From: Eledone cirrhosa
Taxonomy: Eukaryota
Reading direction: 5' to 3'
Assembly (NCBI GenBank): GCA_964016885.1
Contig: OZ024741.1
Span: 29,388,001-29,452,000, forward strand
DNA length: 64,000 nt
Positions 29,848 to 41,680 of this stretch are shown here, one piece after another. The number at the start of each line of letters is the position of its first letter. Position 1 is the stretch's first letter. The position numbers and the translations under genes were made by a program. Below the pieces are notes generated by a model. It was not told where the DNA came from. It saw only the letters and a program-made list of their open reading frames with translations, and searched no databases.

Positions 29848-32289
29848 ATGGAAAAACAATATTTAGGAACCTCTTTAAAAAACATACCAATACCTTCTAA
29901 GGATGACTTCTTACTCCTTATGATTCAGAAAACTAATAATTTTATCAGAAGGGTTAGATGGAGAGCCTACCATTTCGATAGAAAATCTAAACAAGCAGAT
30001 CGGAAATATATGTATGATTTCAATACTTACAAGAATCCACCACACAACTTTTTACTTGAAGACTTCGAGAAAGACCTTTTTAATTTAATTAAACACCTCA
30101 AATTTAAAAAGTATAAATCCGTCTTTCAAAAGGACCTTGATTCTACCCTATTGGACCTAAAAAAGTCTAAAAAAATCCATGTCCACTCGGACAAAACTGG
30201 TAACTTGTATCATATGGATATTGAACATTATAATGAGTTCATATATAAAGAACTCAGAAAAAATTATAAAAAATCTAATAATGCGTCACTCACCAACATC
30301 AACAACAAAACACACAACATAGTAAAAAAACTAAACATTGAAGATAGAACTGAACCTTTGGCATTGAAAAGACCACACTTTAACCTGAAGGATCATAAAT
30401 CAAATTTTAACTCAAATCCTTCTATTAGACTTATATGTCCCTCCAAATCAGATATTGGAATAATTAGCAAAAAAATTTTGGATAGAGTCATCCCACAAAT
30501 AAGAAAACACGTTATTTTACCACTCTGGGAAAACACCTCCCAGGTAATTAACTGGTTTAAAAATATTAGATGTAAATCTTCTGCTTCATTTCTACAATTT
30601 GATATAGATAATTACTATTCTTCTATATCACCTATACTCCTGAACAAAGCATTGATATTTGCTAAAAATAGATCTAACTTAACTTTGGATGACATTAATA
30701 TTATTACACATGCTAGACTAACACTTATTGAATTTCAGAATGAATACTGGACCAGAAACACATATAGTAATCTTTTTGATATTACTATGGGTTCAAGCGA
30801 TTCCGCCCAAATTACTGATCTTGTGGGCCTCTTTCTCCTTTTCAACATAAATGCCTCCTTTCCCCACCTCAAAGGTGGTTTATATCGTGATGACTGTCTT
30901 CTTCTTTCTAACAACCTTAGCCTTTCAGAAATTGAAAAAAACAAAAAACATATTAGAACTTTCCTTAAAGACTATTATAATCTTAATATTACTTTTGAAA
31001 AAACAAGTAAAGTAGTAAATTTCCTAGATATAACTTTAGATTTAGCTACGGGTATCTACCAACCTTACCATAAACCAAACCAAAACTTACATTACATACA
31101 CTCACAATCTAATCACCCTAAATCTATCCTTAAAAACCTTGCATATAATATATCACTTAGAATTTCTAACCTTTCTTCTAACCAAGATGTATTTGATAAA
31201 AATGCGACCTTCTATAATGAAGCTCTAGATAGAAGTGGCCACAAAAATAGATTAGAATATATACCTTCTACTAAAAATACTGAAAGCATACAACCTAATA
31301 TTACCAACAAACACCAAATGAAAAGTACACACCTAAATGCCACCCACACTATACCCCAAAATACCAAATCTTCTAATATAAAGTATAGTAACTCTCAAAA
31401 AACTACTTATCATACAACTCTAATAAATATTAATAATAAAACTCCTAATAAAAAGGATAAAACACATAAATCTACAAATATAACTAATAATGGTTGTGGT
31501 GAGATCATTAACATTAATCCTCCTAGTAAAAATCACGATACAACCTATAAAAATAATAAAAATAATAAACAACATAGAAACCGTAATAGACGGGTTACTT
31601 GGTATAATGCTCCATTTAATTTACAAATTAAGGATAATATTGCTAAAAATTTTTTTTATATCCTAGAGAAAAACTTCCCGCCAAACCACAAATACCATCA
31701 AATCTTAAATAGGTCTACAGTTAAATTCTCATACTCTACAACAAATAACATAAAACAAAATATAAGTGCCTATAATGCATATAAATGTAAGAAAACCATA
31801 AGTATACCACCAGTACATCAAATTAACCATAATATCTCCTCAAATACAGAATCAACGAAAGGTTGTAACTGTAGAAACAAAGCAAACTGCCCATTAAAAG
31901 GGAATTGTCTTGTTAACAACATAGTCTATAAATGTAATGTTAAAACTAAAGATTCTATTTGCTCATATATAGGAGCTACCTCTAACAATTTTAAGACAAG
32001 GTTTAATACCCACAAGAATAGTTTTAAAAATGCCGCACTGGCTAATACAACATCTCTAGCAGAAAAAATCAATAGTTATAAAAATAAGAATATAGAATAT
32101 GATTTGACCTGGAGTGTGCTCAAAAGAGCCACCCCTTATCAAAATAATAGAAATGAATGTAGATTATGTTCCCAAGAACTATTTGAAATAATGAAATCTA
32201 AGGATATCCTATTAAATAAACGACAGGAATTAATTATATCGTGTAATCATAAACTAAAAAAAACATTTAAATATTATAAACCTAATTAA
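29848..32289 (+). CDS. PLE polyprotein: reverse transcriptase + C-terminal GIY-YIG endonuclease (Hydra-clade-like), intact, 813 aa from first ATG
   Basis: KNIPIP, SDKTGN, RLICPSKS, QFDIDNYYSSI, TMGS, GLYRDD, NFLDI, SNHP, WYNAPF, CNCRNKANCPLKGNC, IVY..SYIG, FKTRFNTH, CRLC..E, CNH. No stops. Confidence 0.93.
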   Translation: MEKQYLGTSLKNIPIPSKDDFLLLMIQKTNNFIRRVRWRAYHFDRKSKQADRKYMYDFNTYKNPPHNFLLEDFEKDLFNLIKHLKFKKYKSVFQKDLDSTLLDLKKSKKIHVHSDKTGNLYHMDIEHYNEFIYKELRKNYKKSNNASLTNINNKTHNIVKKLNIEDRTEPLALKRPHFNLKDHKSNFNSNPSIRLICPSKSDIGIISKKILDRVIPQIRKHVILPLWENTSQVINWFKNIRCKSSASFLQFDIDNYYSSISPILLNKALIFAKNRSNLTLDDINIITHARLTLIEFQNEYWTRNTYSNLFDITMGSSDSAQITDLVGLFLLFNINASFPHLKGGLYRDDCLLLSNNLSLSEIEKNKKHIRTFLKDYYNLNITFEKTSKVVNFLDITLDLATGIYQPYHKPNQNLHYIHSQSNHPKSILKNLAYNISLRISNLSSNQDVFDKNATFYNEALDRSGHKNRLEYIPSTKNTESIQPNITNKHQMKSTHLNATHTIPQNTKSSNIKYSNSQKTTYHTTLININNKTPNKKDKTHKSTNITNNGCGEIININPPSKNHDTTYKNNKNNKQHRNRNRRVTWYNAPFNLQIKDNIAKNFFYILEKNFPPNHKYHQILNRSTVKFSYSTTNNIKQNISAYNAYKCKKTISIPPVHQINHNISSNTESTKGCNCRNKANCPLKGNCLVNNIVYKCNVKTKDSICSYIGATSNNFKTRFNTHKNSFKNAALANTTSLAEKINSYKNKNIEYDLTWSVLKRATPYQNNRNECRLCSQELFEIMKSKDILLNKRQELIISCNHKLKKTFKYYKPN

Positions 32290-32839
32290 TAACATTATTT
32301 TAGAAATTAATTTAATTTAAATGTTAGTAAACCTATAAATTTAATTTAATTAAAATTCTATTACAGATGAGAATATAAAATATTATGTAATCATAAATTG
32401 TGAAAAACCTTTAAATATTACTAATATATACTTAGTAATTTAATTTATTAGATTAATTTTAATTTATTTAAACCTTTTATTATAATTCTTTTACAGATAA
32501 AATATAACAAAATATCGTGTATCCAATGACAGAGAAATAATTTTTAGTATTATAGACCTAATTAATATACTTTTTAGAAATACATTTATAATTTGGTTTT
32601 AATTTTAATCAACCTAAAAATTTAATTTAATTGGCTTAAAATTAATATCCTTATACAGACGAATTGCAGAATGTCATCTAATCATAGAATGGGATGTGTT
32701 TTGGATTTATACCTAGTTAATATATTCTTTGCAATTTTTGAAAAAATATGTTATATGTATATGTGTATGTGTATGTGTGTGCGTATGTATATGTGTATAT
32801 ATGTATATATATATGTATATATATGTATATATATATGTG

Positions 32840-32870
<31 letters not shown>

Positions 32871-33624
32871 TAATTTTGATTTCTATTTGCATATAATTAT
32901 ATTCTGCTATTGATAAAATACAATATCTGTTTTATTTATTATATACCTAATTAACATATACTATAGAAATAAATATATAATTTTTAATTTAATTAACCCA
33001 CATTTTATATTCTACTACCGATGTAATACTTTATTTGTTTTTTCCCTATTACTAAATTCATTTCCTAATATTGATACCATAAAGTTATTAACTTTAATTT
33101 AGTTATACTATAATTAATACTCTACTACTATTTAACTTCAAAATTCTGCTTCAAATATTATAAACCTAACTAATTTACACCTTAGAAATCAATATGTTAA
33201 CTATCTTTAGTTTAGTTAACATATAATTAATGGTATACTTATTTATTTTGAAATGCATAAATTTTGCCTTATTTCTGGTTTATCGTATTTCCTAACACTG
33301 ATACTATGTAAAAACATACATTGGATATAGATACGGATAATATTCTATGTTTCTTGAAACATATATTTACTATATTCCCCTTCTCTAACCCCCCCCCCTT
33401 TCCCCCATACTATTATCATCTGTGTTTGTAAGCGTGTATGTATGAATATATATATAGGTAGGTGTGTATATATATTTGGGTATTTATATCTGAATATAAA
33501 AATACATATATGCGCATGCAAATATGAATGTATGATTGTGTGTGTATATATATATGTGTGTATGTATGTGTATATGTGTATATATGCATGTGTATATGTG
33601 TGTGTATGTGTATGTTTGTATGTG

Positions 33625-33685
<61 letters not shown>

Positions 33686-33984
33686 GTGTGTGTATGTATG
33701 TATGTATATGTGTGTGTGTATATATATGTATGTCTCTCTATTTATACGTCTATCTTCGTATCTATGTGGATATATGTGTGTGTGTGCATGTATACACATA
33801 TATGTGTTTATGTGTATATGTGTGTATGTATATATATATGTGTGTGTGCACACACATATATATATATATATGTGAATGTGTATGTGTGTGTGTGTGTATA
33901 TGTATGTGTATGTATATATGTGTATATATATCTATGTGTGTATATATGTCTATATTCGTATGTGTGTATATATGTATATATATA

Positions 33985-34025
<41 letters not shown>

Positions 34026-34097
34026 ATATATATATATATTATTTATTATTATAATATAACTTATGTGTATGTGTATATGTGAGGGTGTGTATATGTA

Positions 34098-34253
34098 TAT
34101 ATATGTGTATATATATGTGTAAAAAAATATATATATGTGCATGTCTGTTTTTTATGTGTGTGTATATATATATATATGTGTATATATATATATATGTGGG
34201 TGTTTGTATGTGTATTTATGGTTGTATGTGTGTGTGGGTATATGTATATAAGT

Positions 34254-34287
<34 letters not shown>

Positions 34288-34493
34288 TACAGTCCAGTAT
34301 TACTATAATTGCAAGTCTTGAAATTACTATAATTGTGTATATATGTGTATATATATGTGTAAAAAAATATATATATGTGCATGTCTGTTTTTTATGTGTG
34401 TGTATATATATATATATGTGTATATATATATATATGTGGGTGTTTGTATGTGTATTTATGGTTGTATGTGTGTGTGGGTATATGTATATAAGT

Positions 34494-34527
<34 letters not shown>

Positions 34528-34563
34528 TACAGTCCAGTATTACTATAATTGCAAGACTTGAAA
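34098..34563 (+). repeat. 240-bp-period tandem duplication spanning the PLE/RTE 5' junction
   Basis: 34098-34323 matches 34338-34563. The spacer begins with TTACTATAATTG, copied from 34300-34311. Confidence 0.85.
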
Positions 34564-35120
34564 GTCAACAGCTGACATAATCTGGTAATCTTGTATCAGT
34601 AATGACGGTAATATATATATATATATATGTGTGTGTGTGCGTGTAAGTGAGTAGAGTAGCGTGTGTGTGTGTTTGTTGTATGTGTGAGTGTTGCTGTGTG
34701 CACGCATATGTATGCGTGTGTGTGTATGTCGTACGTATAAGTGTCAATAAGTAATTTTTTTTTTTTTTTTTTTTGTTTTTTTTTTTTTTTTTTGCGCGGG
34801 GACATAGAAATAATCGGGCAGTTAAACCACTGGGAGTGAAGAACCCCTAGCCCATGTCAGGGTATTCTTCTAGGAGAAGGCATCTCAGGAAACTGGGTTA
34901 ACTCCGATATAAAACCTGCGGCTCAGTAGTTACCGATGATGTTGATCTTTTCTTCTTTTCGGGTTATAGCTACTGTCGCTCAGAGAGTGGGATTGGTTCA
35001 GTGCACAGTCTTTCCTCACTTTAAAAAATATTCGTCACGCACAGGCATTGCACGAGTGCATTAATAATTATTAATAGTGTAGTATTATTATTATTATTGT
35101 TATTATTATTACTATTATTA

Positions 35121-35151
<31 letters not shown>

Positions 35152-38100
35152 CCAATTCAATGATGTTCCAGAACAATGTAAACGAGATAATTGCCAATTT
35201 GGGTTCTGGAACAAAAAAGATCATTGGCAATAAGGGCAGGGGCCCCAAGTTATCACAACCTGGGCCCGCCCGTCATCGTGCCATTGTAATAGAGCCAAAC
35301 AGGGCATTTAGTCTTGGCTGCTGGAACGTACGGACGCTGCTTGACAGGGATTCTTTGGAGCGTCCTGAACGAAGGACCGCTCTTGTTGCAAAGGAGCTTC
35401 GACGTTACGATCTTGACATCGTGGCTTTGTCTGAGACGAGGTTAGCTGGAGATGGTCATCTTACGGAATTTTGTGGAGAATATACATTCTTCTGGAAAGG
35501 AAGAGATGAAGGAACCAGAAGAGAGGCTGGGGTAGGATTTGCTGTTAAGACTGTACTGGTGAATAAATTAGAAGAATTCCCAGTGGGGATTAGTGAGCGT
35601 CTTATGTCCATGAGAGTTCCGCTGGACAGGGGAAGATATGCTACCCTGGTGAGTGTGTATGCTCCAACTATGAATTCTGTCGATGAAGAAAAACTGTCCT
35701 TTTACCATGCCTTGAAAGGTGTTTTAAGAAATATCCCTCAGGCAGACAAAGTCATCGTGCTTGGTGACTTTAATGCTAGAGTGGGTAGGGATTTTAACAC
35801 ATGGAATGTAATCGGAAGGCATGGGGTGGGAAAGTGTAACAGCAATGGTATGCTCTTGCTGCAGATGTGTGAGGAGCTGGATCTGTGTGTTACCAACACC
35901 ATGTTCCAACAAAAGAACAAATTCAAGACCACATGGATTCATCCTGCATCTAAGGAATGGCATCTTTTGGACTACGTCCTAGTCAGGATGCGTGACAGAC
36001 AGGATGTGCGGTGTGTTCGTGTTCTTCGTGGAGCTGAGTGCTGGACGGACCACCGCCTGGTACGCGCAAAAGTGAATCTAATCACCAAACGTAAAATCCG
36101 GGCTCCTGGTGTTACCCTGCCCAAAAGATTGAATGCTGCTCGTCTTAAGGATAAAAATGTGAAGAGGACATTGGAAGAAGAGATGCAGGCTGCAGATCTT
36201 GGTGAGGATTGGCCGACCCTTAAAAAGTCGGTTTATGATGTAGGCAGACGTGTTCTGGGATTGGTGCAGAGAAAACATCAGGACTGGTTTGATGAGAAAG
36301 ATGTGCATATAGATGACTTGTTGGCTGATAAGAGGCGCGCTCTGTCACGCTACTTGACGGCAAAACCACAGGAGAGGAATACGTTGCATGAGGAGCTCAG
36401 GGATGTAAAATCACGTGTTAGGCGGAGTCTTTCTCAGATGAAGGATCAGTGGTGGAGTGAGAAGGCTGGTGAGATACAAACTGCGTCTGATTGCAATAAC
36501 ACAAAGCTGTTGTACAGTCTCTTGCGTGAGGTTTATGGACCGTCTTCTTCTCTGGTGACACCGATTCGCAGCAAGGATGGCAAAGAACTTCTTCGTGACT
36601 CACAGGGAATTCTACGAAGGTGGCGAGAGCACTTTGATGATCTTTTGAATCAGCCGTCTGTCGTCAGTGAAGATTTCCTCAATCTCATTCCGGAAAGTCC
36701 TGTGAAAGTAGCTCTCGCAGAACCTCCGACACTTGTGGAGGTTGCAGTGGCTATTTCGAAGCTGAACAGTGGAAGATCTCCAGGTATGGATGGCATACAT
36801 GCTGAGCTCCTACAATATGGTGGTGAGAGACTCCTGCAACATCTTCACTCTCTGTTTGGAAGGATATGGGCTAATGAATCCGTGCCTGAGGACTGGAGAG
36901 ATGCAGTAATGGTGGTCTTGTACAAGGGAAAGGGTAACAGGAATGATTGTGGGAACTACAGAGGTATATCATTGCTTTCTGTCGTGGGGAAAGTTTTATG
37001 TAGGGTGCTTCTGGACCGTCTGCTGACACACATTGCAGATTGTGTCCTTCCTGAAAGTCAATCTGGTTTTCGTGTTGGACGCGGCACTACTGATATGATC
37101 TTCTCAGCTAGACAGCTCCAGGAGAAGTGCATTGAACAGGGCTTGGATCTGTATCAGGTTTTTGTCGATCTGACAAAGGCTTTCGATACTGTCAACAGAG
37201 ATGCATTATGGAAGGTTCTCCAGAAACTTGGTTGCCCTGATAAGTTCCTTGCTTTAGTTAGGTCTTTCCATGACGACATGAAGGCTTGGGTTAATGTCGG
37301 AGGTAACATGTCGGAGCCTATCTCAGTAAAAAATGGAGTGAAACAGGGGGATATTCCAGCACCGACCCTGTTTGCCATATACTTTGCAATGGTTTTCTGT
37401 GTTGCATTCAGGAATTGCGAGCATGGTGTTTACATCCGATATCGAACCTCAGGCAGCATATTTAACATCAGGCGCTTTGCTGCGAAGACAAAAGTATTTA
37501 CATCAGTCATAAGAGACCTCTTGTATGCAGATGATTGCGATCTTGTAGCGCACACAGAGAGTGATATGCAGCACATTTTGAATGTATTTTCTGACGCTTG
37601 CACTGCCCTGGGTTTGACTGTCAGTCTCAAGAAAACCGTCGTCATGTACCAACCTGCACCTGGTAGGCAGTACACTGAACCAAACATCTATGTGTATGGC
37701 AAACGACTTGGAGTGGTTGATCAGTTTGTCTACCTGGGAAGCACTGTCAATCGATACGGCAACCTTGACAGTGAAATCTCACTTAGGATTAGGAAAGCAA
37801 GTGATGCTTTCGGAAAGCTAGAAAGGCGACTCTGGGGTCGGCGAGACATATGCAGGAGGACAAAGGTAAAGGTGTACAGGGCATGTGTACTCTCTTGTCT
37901 TCTTTATGCCTGCGAGACCTGGGTCACATATCGACGCCACCTTAAGCAATTGGAGCGTTTCCATCAGATGTGTCTCAGACGGATACATGGCGTTCACTGG
38001 AGGGACCACATCAGTGATGTCGAGATTTTGGAAAGCTCTATGTGTGACAGTATAGAAGCTCTTGTGCTTAAGCAGCGACTCCGTTGGAGTGGTCACCTTG

Positions 38101-38713
38101 CCAGGATGAAGGATTCTAGAATACCAAAACAACTCTTCTATGGAGAGTTGGTTAAAGGAAAACGACCGCCACATAAACCAAAAAAGAGGTATAAGGATTC
38201 CTTGAAAGCCTCTCTGAAAGACGCTAACATCTCTGCTGATACATGGGAAAATATTGCTGCTGATCGTAATAAATGGAGAAAGACTGTATATGAGGGAAAA
38301 GTTGCCTTTGAGGCATCTCGAATCGCACACGAGAAAGTAAAGCGGGACGTGAGGAAGGGTATTGCTGTTGCACTTCCAGACGGCGAGGGTCCTCCTATGT
38401 TTCTGACATGCAGCGTCTGTGCGAGACTCTGCCTAAGCAAAGCTGGACTCGAAAGTCATCTTCGCAGTCATAAAGTAAGACCAGTGGTTGACTACCAGGC
38501 TGCTGTTGGAGATGCTACTCATCATGCTTGCCAAACATGTGGTAGAGAATGTAAATCAGCAGGAGGACTCAAGCGACATGCAAAAGTACACGAACTCCAA
38601 CCACAGCCGACTATTCCCAGTAAATGTTTTGGTTGCCGACTCTGTGCAAGACATTTTAGATCATTGGCTGGGCTAAAAAGCCACATTCGATCGCAGCACT
38701 GTTAGTTGCTATC

Positions 38714-38751
<38 letters not shown>

Positions 38752-38830
38752 GCTTATGTGCGTGCGTGTGTGTGTATATATATATGAATATGTATATTAT
38801 TATTGTTGTTGTCGTTATTATTATTATTGC

Positions 38831-38891
<61 letters not shown>

Positions 38892-39013
38892 GTTATTAAT
38901 GTATGTGTGTATATATGTGTGAGTGTATGTGTATGTATGTGTGTGTGTATATATGTATGTATGTGTATGTATGTGTGTGTGTATATATATGTGTATATAT
39001 ATATATGTGTATA

Positions 39014-39044
<31 letters not shown>

Positions 39045-39074
39045 CTTTTCCTTTTTTTTTTTTTTTTTTTTTAA

Positions 39075-39121
<47 letters not shown>

Positions 39122-39208
39122 TTTTTATTTTTTTATTTTTTTATTTATTTATTTTTTTTTTTTTTTATTGTGCAATGGCCATACTCGATAACGAGGGGGC
39201 AGCCATCA
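34528..39208 (+). mobile_element. Full-length RTE-clade LINE nested in a (TA)n of the PLE right arm
   Basis: Absent from the left arm. Has a 5' UTR, a single intact ORF, a microsatellite-rich 3' UTR and the terminal stem-loop GCCATACTCG-ATAA-CGAGGGGGC. PLE arm sequence resumes at ~39209. Confidence 0.92.
35160..38705 (+). CDS. RTE ORF: APE endonuclease + RT + three C-terminal C2H2 zinc fingers, intact, 1181 aa from first ATG
   Basis: CWNVRTL, LSETR, GVGF, SVYAPT, GDFNA, LDY, TDH; NYRGISL, DLTKAFD, GVKQG, LYADD, YLGS; CSVC..H..H, CQTC..H..H, CRLC..H..H. Confidence 0.95.
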   Translation: MMFQNNVNEIIANLGSGTKKIIGNKGRGPKLSQPGPARHRAIVIEPNRAFSLGCWNVRTLLDRDSLERPERRTALVAKELRRYDLDIVALSETRLAGDGHLTEFCGEYTFFWKGRDEGTRREAGVGFAVKTVLVNKLEEFPVGISERLMSMRVPLDRGRYATLVSVYAPTMNSVDEEKLSFYHALKGVLRNIPQADKVIVLGDFNARVGRDFNTWNVIGRHGVGKCNSNGMLLLQMCEELDLCVTNTMFQQKNKFKTTWIHPASKEWHLLDYVLVRMRDRQDVRCVRVLRGAECWTDHRLVRAKVNLITKRKIRAPGVTLPKRLNAARLKDKNVKRTLEEEMQAADLGEDWPTLKKSVYDVGRRVLGLVQRKHQDWFDEKDVHIDDLLADKRRALSRYLTAKPQERNTLHEELRDVKSRVRRSLSQMKDQWWSEKAGEIQTASDCNNTKLLYSLLREVYGPSSSLVTPIRSKDGKELLRDSQGILRRWREHFDDLLNQPSVVSEDFLNLIPESPVKVALAEPPTLVEVAVAISKLNSGRSPGMDGIHAELLQYGGERLLQHLHSLFGRIWANESVPEDWRDAVMVVLYKGKGNRNDCGNYRGISLLSVVGKVLCRVLLDRLLTHIADCVLPESQSGFRVGRGTTDMIFSARQLQEKCIEQGLDLYQVFVDLTKAFDTVNRDALWKVLQKLGCPDKFLALVRSFHDDMKAWVNVGGNMSEPISVKNGVKQGDIPAPTLFAIYFAMVFCVAFRNCEHGVYIRYRTSGSIFNIRRFAAKTKVFTSVIRDLLYADDCDLVAHTESDMQHILNVFSDACTALGLTVSLKKTVVMYQPAPGRQYTEPNIYVYGKRLGVVDQFVYLGSTVNRYGNLDSEISLRIRKASDAFGKLERRLWGRRDICRRTKVKVYRACVLSCLLYACETWVTYRRHLKQLERFHQMCLRRIHGVHWRDHISDVEILESSMCDSIEALVLKQRLRWSGHLARMKDSRIPKQLFYGELVKGKRPPHKPKKRYKDSLKASLKDANISADTWENIAADRNKWRKTVYEGKVAFEASRIAHEKVKRDVRKGIAVALPDGEGPPMFLTCSVCARLCLSKAGLESHLRSHKVRPVVDYQAAVGDATHHACQTCGRECKSAGGLKRHAKVHELQPQPTIPSKCFGCRLCARHFRSLAGLKSHIRSQHC

Positions 39209-39562
39209 TATATATATATATATATATGTGTATATGTATCTCTATTAATGCGTGTATATATGTATATGTATATGCCTTTTTCTTTGTATGTCTGAGTTGG
39301 GTGAGTGTGTAGTGGTGTTTCTATGTATATACGCATATATGGATGCGTTTGTATGTGTATATATGAGTATATGTAAGTGCGTATGTATGTATGATTATAT
39401 ATCTAATTCTATGTATGAGTATATATGTGTGTATGTATGTTGTGTGTGTATGTATGTATATGTCTATGTGTGTATATATATATGTATGTATGTGTGTGTA
39501 TGTATCTATGTATATGTATGTATGTACATATATGTCTATGTATGTGTGTATGTATGTGTATG

Positions 39563-39613
<51 letters not shown>

Positions 39614-40106
39614 TTATTTTATTTTTTTTATATATATGTGTGTGTGTGTATGTGTGTGTGTGTGTGTATATATATCTTTGTGTATATGTGTATGTGTATG
39701 TTCGTGTAGGTGTATGTGTGTATATGACTATATATGTATGTGTATGTGTGTATGTGTGTGTATATGTATATCTATGTGTGTGTACATGTATGTATGTGTA
39801 TGTATGTATATATGTGTATGTGTGTATATGTATATGTATATGTGTATGGGTATATACCTTTTTCTTTGTATGTCTGAGTTGTGTGAGAGTGTAGTGGTGT
39901 TTGTATGTATATACCGATATATAGATGCGTAAGTATTTGTCTGTATGTATGTTTATATGTCTGTATGTATTTGTGTGTATATATAGGTATGTATGTGTAT
40001 ATCTGTATGTATATATGTATGTAAGTGTATGTATATGTGTGTGTATGTGTGTATATATATATGTGTGTCTATATAGTATGTGTGATTATATGTGTATGTA
40101 TGAGTG

Positions 40107-40155
<49 letters not shown>

Positions 40156-40299
40156 ATATATATATGTGTATTTATATGTATGTGTGTATATGTATGTATG
40201 TGTGTATACGTATATGTTTATATATGTGTGTGTATGTATGTTCTAAGTGTGGATGTGTGTATATGTATGTATGTGTTTGTATATGTGTATGTATATATA

Positions 40300-40403
<104 letters not shown>

Positions 40404-41039
40404 CTTGATATATTTCTTTTTTCTTTTTTCTTTTTTCTTTTTCTTTTCTTTCCTTTTTAATGTTTATTTATTATTTATTATTTTTTATTTTCTTAGCTTA
40501 TAGATACATCTATATTAAGCAGTCAGCCCAAACCGTTGAATACTGACCTCTCCCCCCCCTCCCACCTAATTTCTGTATCTTTATCTAAATGTGTGTGCCA
40601 GTGTTTGTGTGAGTGAATTAATATCCATGTGCTTAGGATTTTATATCCACATATATATATGTGAGTGGGGATGTGTGTGTGGATGTATGTTCGTAGTTTA
40701 TGTGTATGTCTATGCATATACGCGCGTGTATGTGTGATTGTACTGATATGTGTTAGTATGAAAATATGTGTATACACTTATTTCATATTTATGTATCTAT
40801 ACGCATCTTATCTGTGCATTATAAACTTACAGAGACATTAACCTTGAAATTTTGTATTTGCATCCATCCTTTTTGTATGCGTATACAGGTTCTGCATACA
40901 TTTTTGTAAAATATGTGTAAGGTTTGTTACATGTATATACACACACCGAACTGCATTAAACCTTTTGTATTTTCATTGGTCAATTTGGTTCCCAAACGGA
41001 CCTGAAAGTTTGAATTGTTGTTATTATCAATAAATATAT

Positions 41040-41193
41040 TTCATTATTTCTGAAGACGGCGTATATATGTGTTGGTATGTATATTTAATCTTGATAGTTT
41101 GTATAATTTTGTATAATTTTGTACATAGATCTGTTGAATATGCATGCCAACTCTAACACATATATATCCTAGAAACGATCGTTAAATAATGAA
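41040..41193 (+). ncRNA. Type I hammerhead ribozyme motif with 115-nt stem II (PLE 3' pLTR)
   Basis: TTCATTATTT-CTGAAGA-[115 nt hairpin]-GAAA-CGATCG-TT/AAATAATGAA. Perfect 10-bp stem I and palindromic stem III. Confidence 0.72.
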
Positions 41194-41246
41194 CTTTTTT
41201 TGTTTAATATAAGGAATTGTTTATTCATTATTTGTTTAATATTTTA

Positions 41247-41340
<94 letters not shown>

Positions 41341-41472
41341 TTTTTAAAATAACAGCAGGTTGGACTGGTATACTCCATTGAAAGGTTTATTATACTATGA
41401 TCATTTCATATTACATCGAGGTTGACCATACGGAGTGACCAGTTCTACCCAGTGGTAAAGCTACAAACCTAA

Positions 41473-41624
<152 letters not shown>

Positions 41625-41680
41625 CATATACTTATACATACATATGTATACATATGTATGTATGTATGTATGTATGTATG

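Noticed and set aside
35097-35159. Hydrophobic poly-Leu/Phe N-terminus (signal-peptide-like) of the RTE ORF
   Set aside because: It is a translation of (TTA)n and poly-T from a non-ATG start. The first ATG is at 35160.
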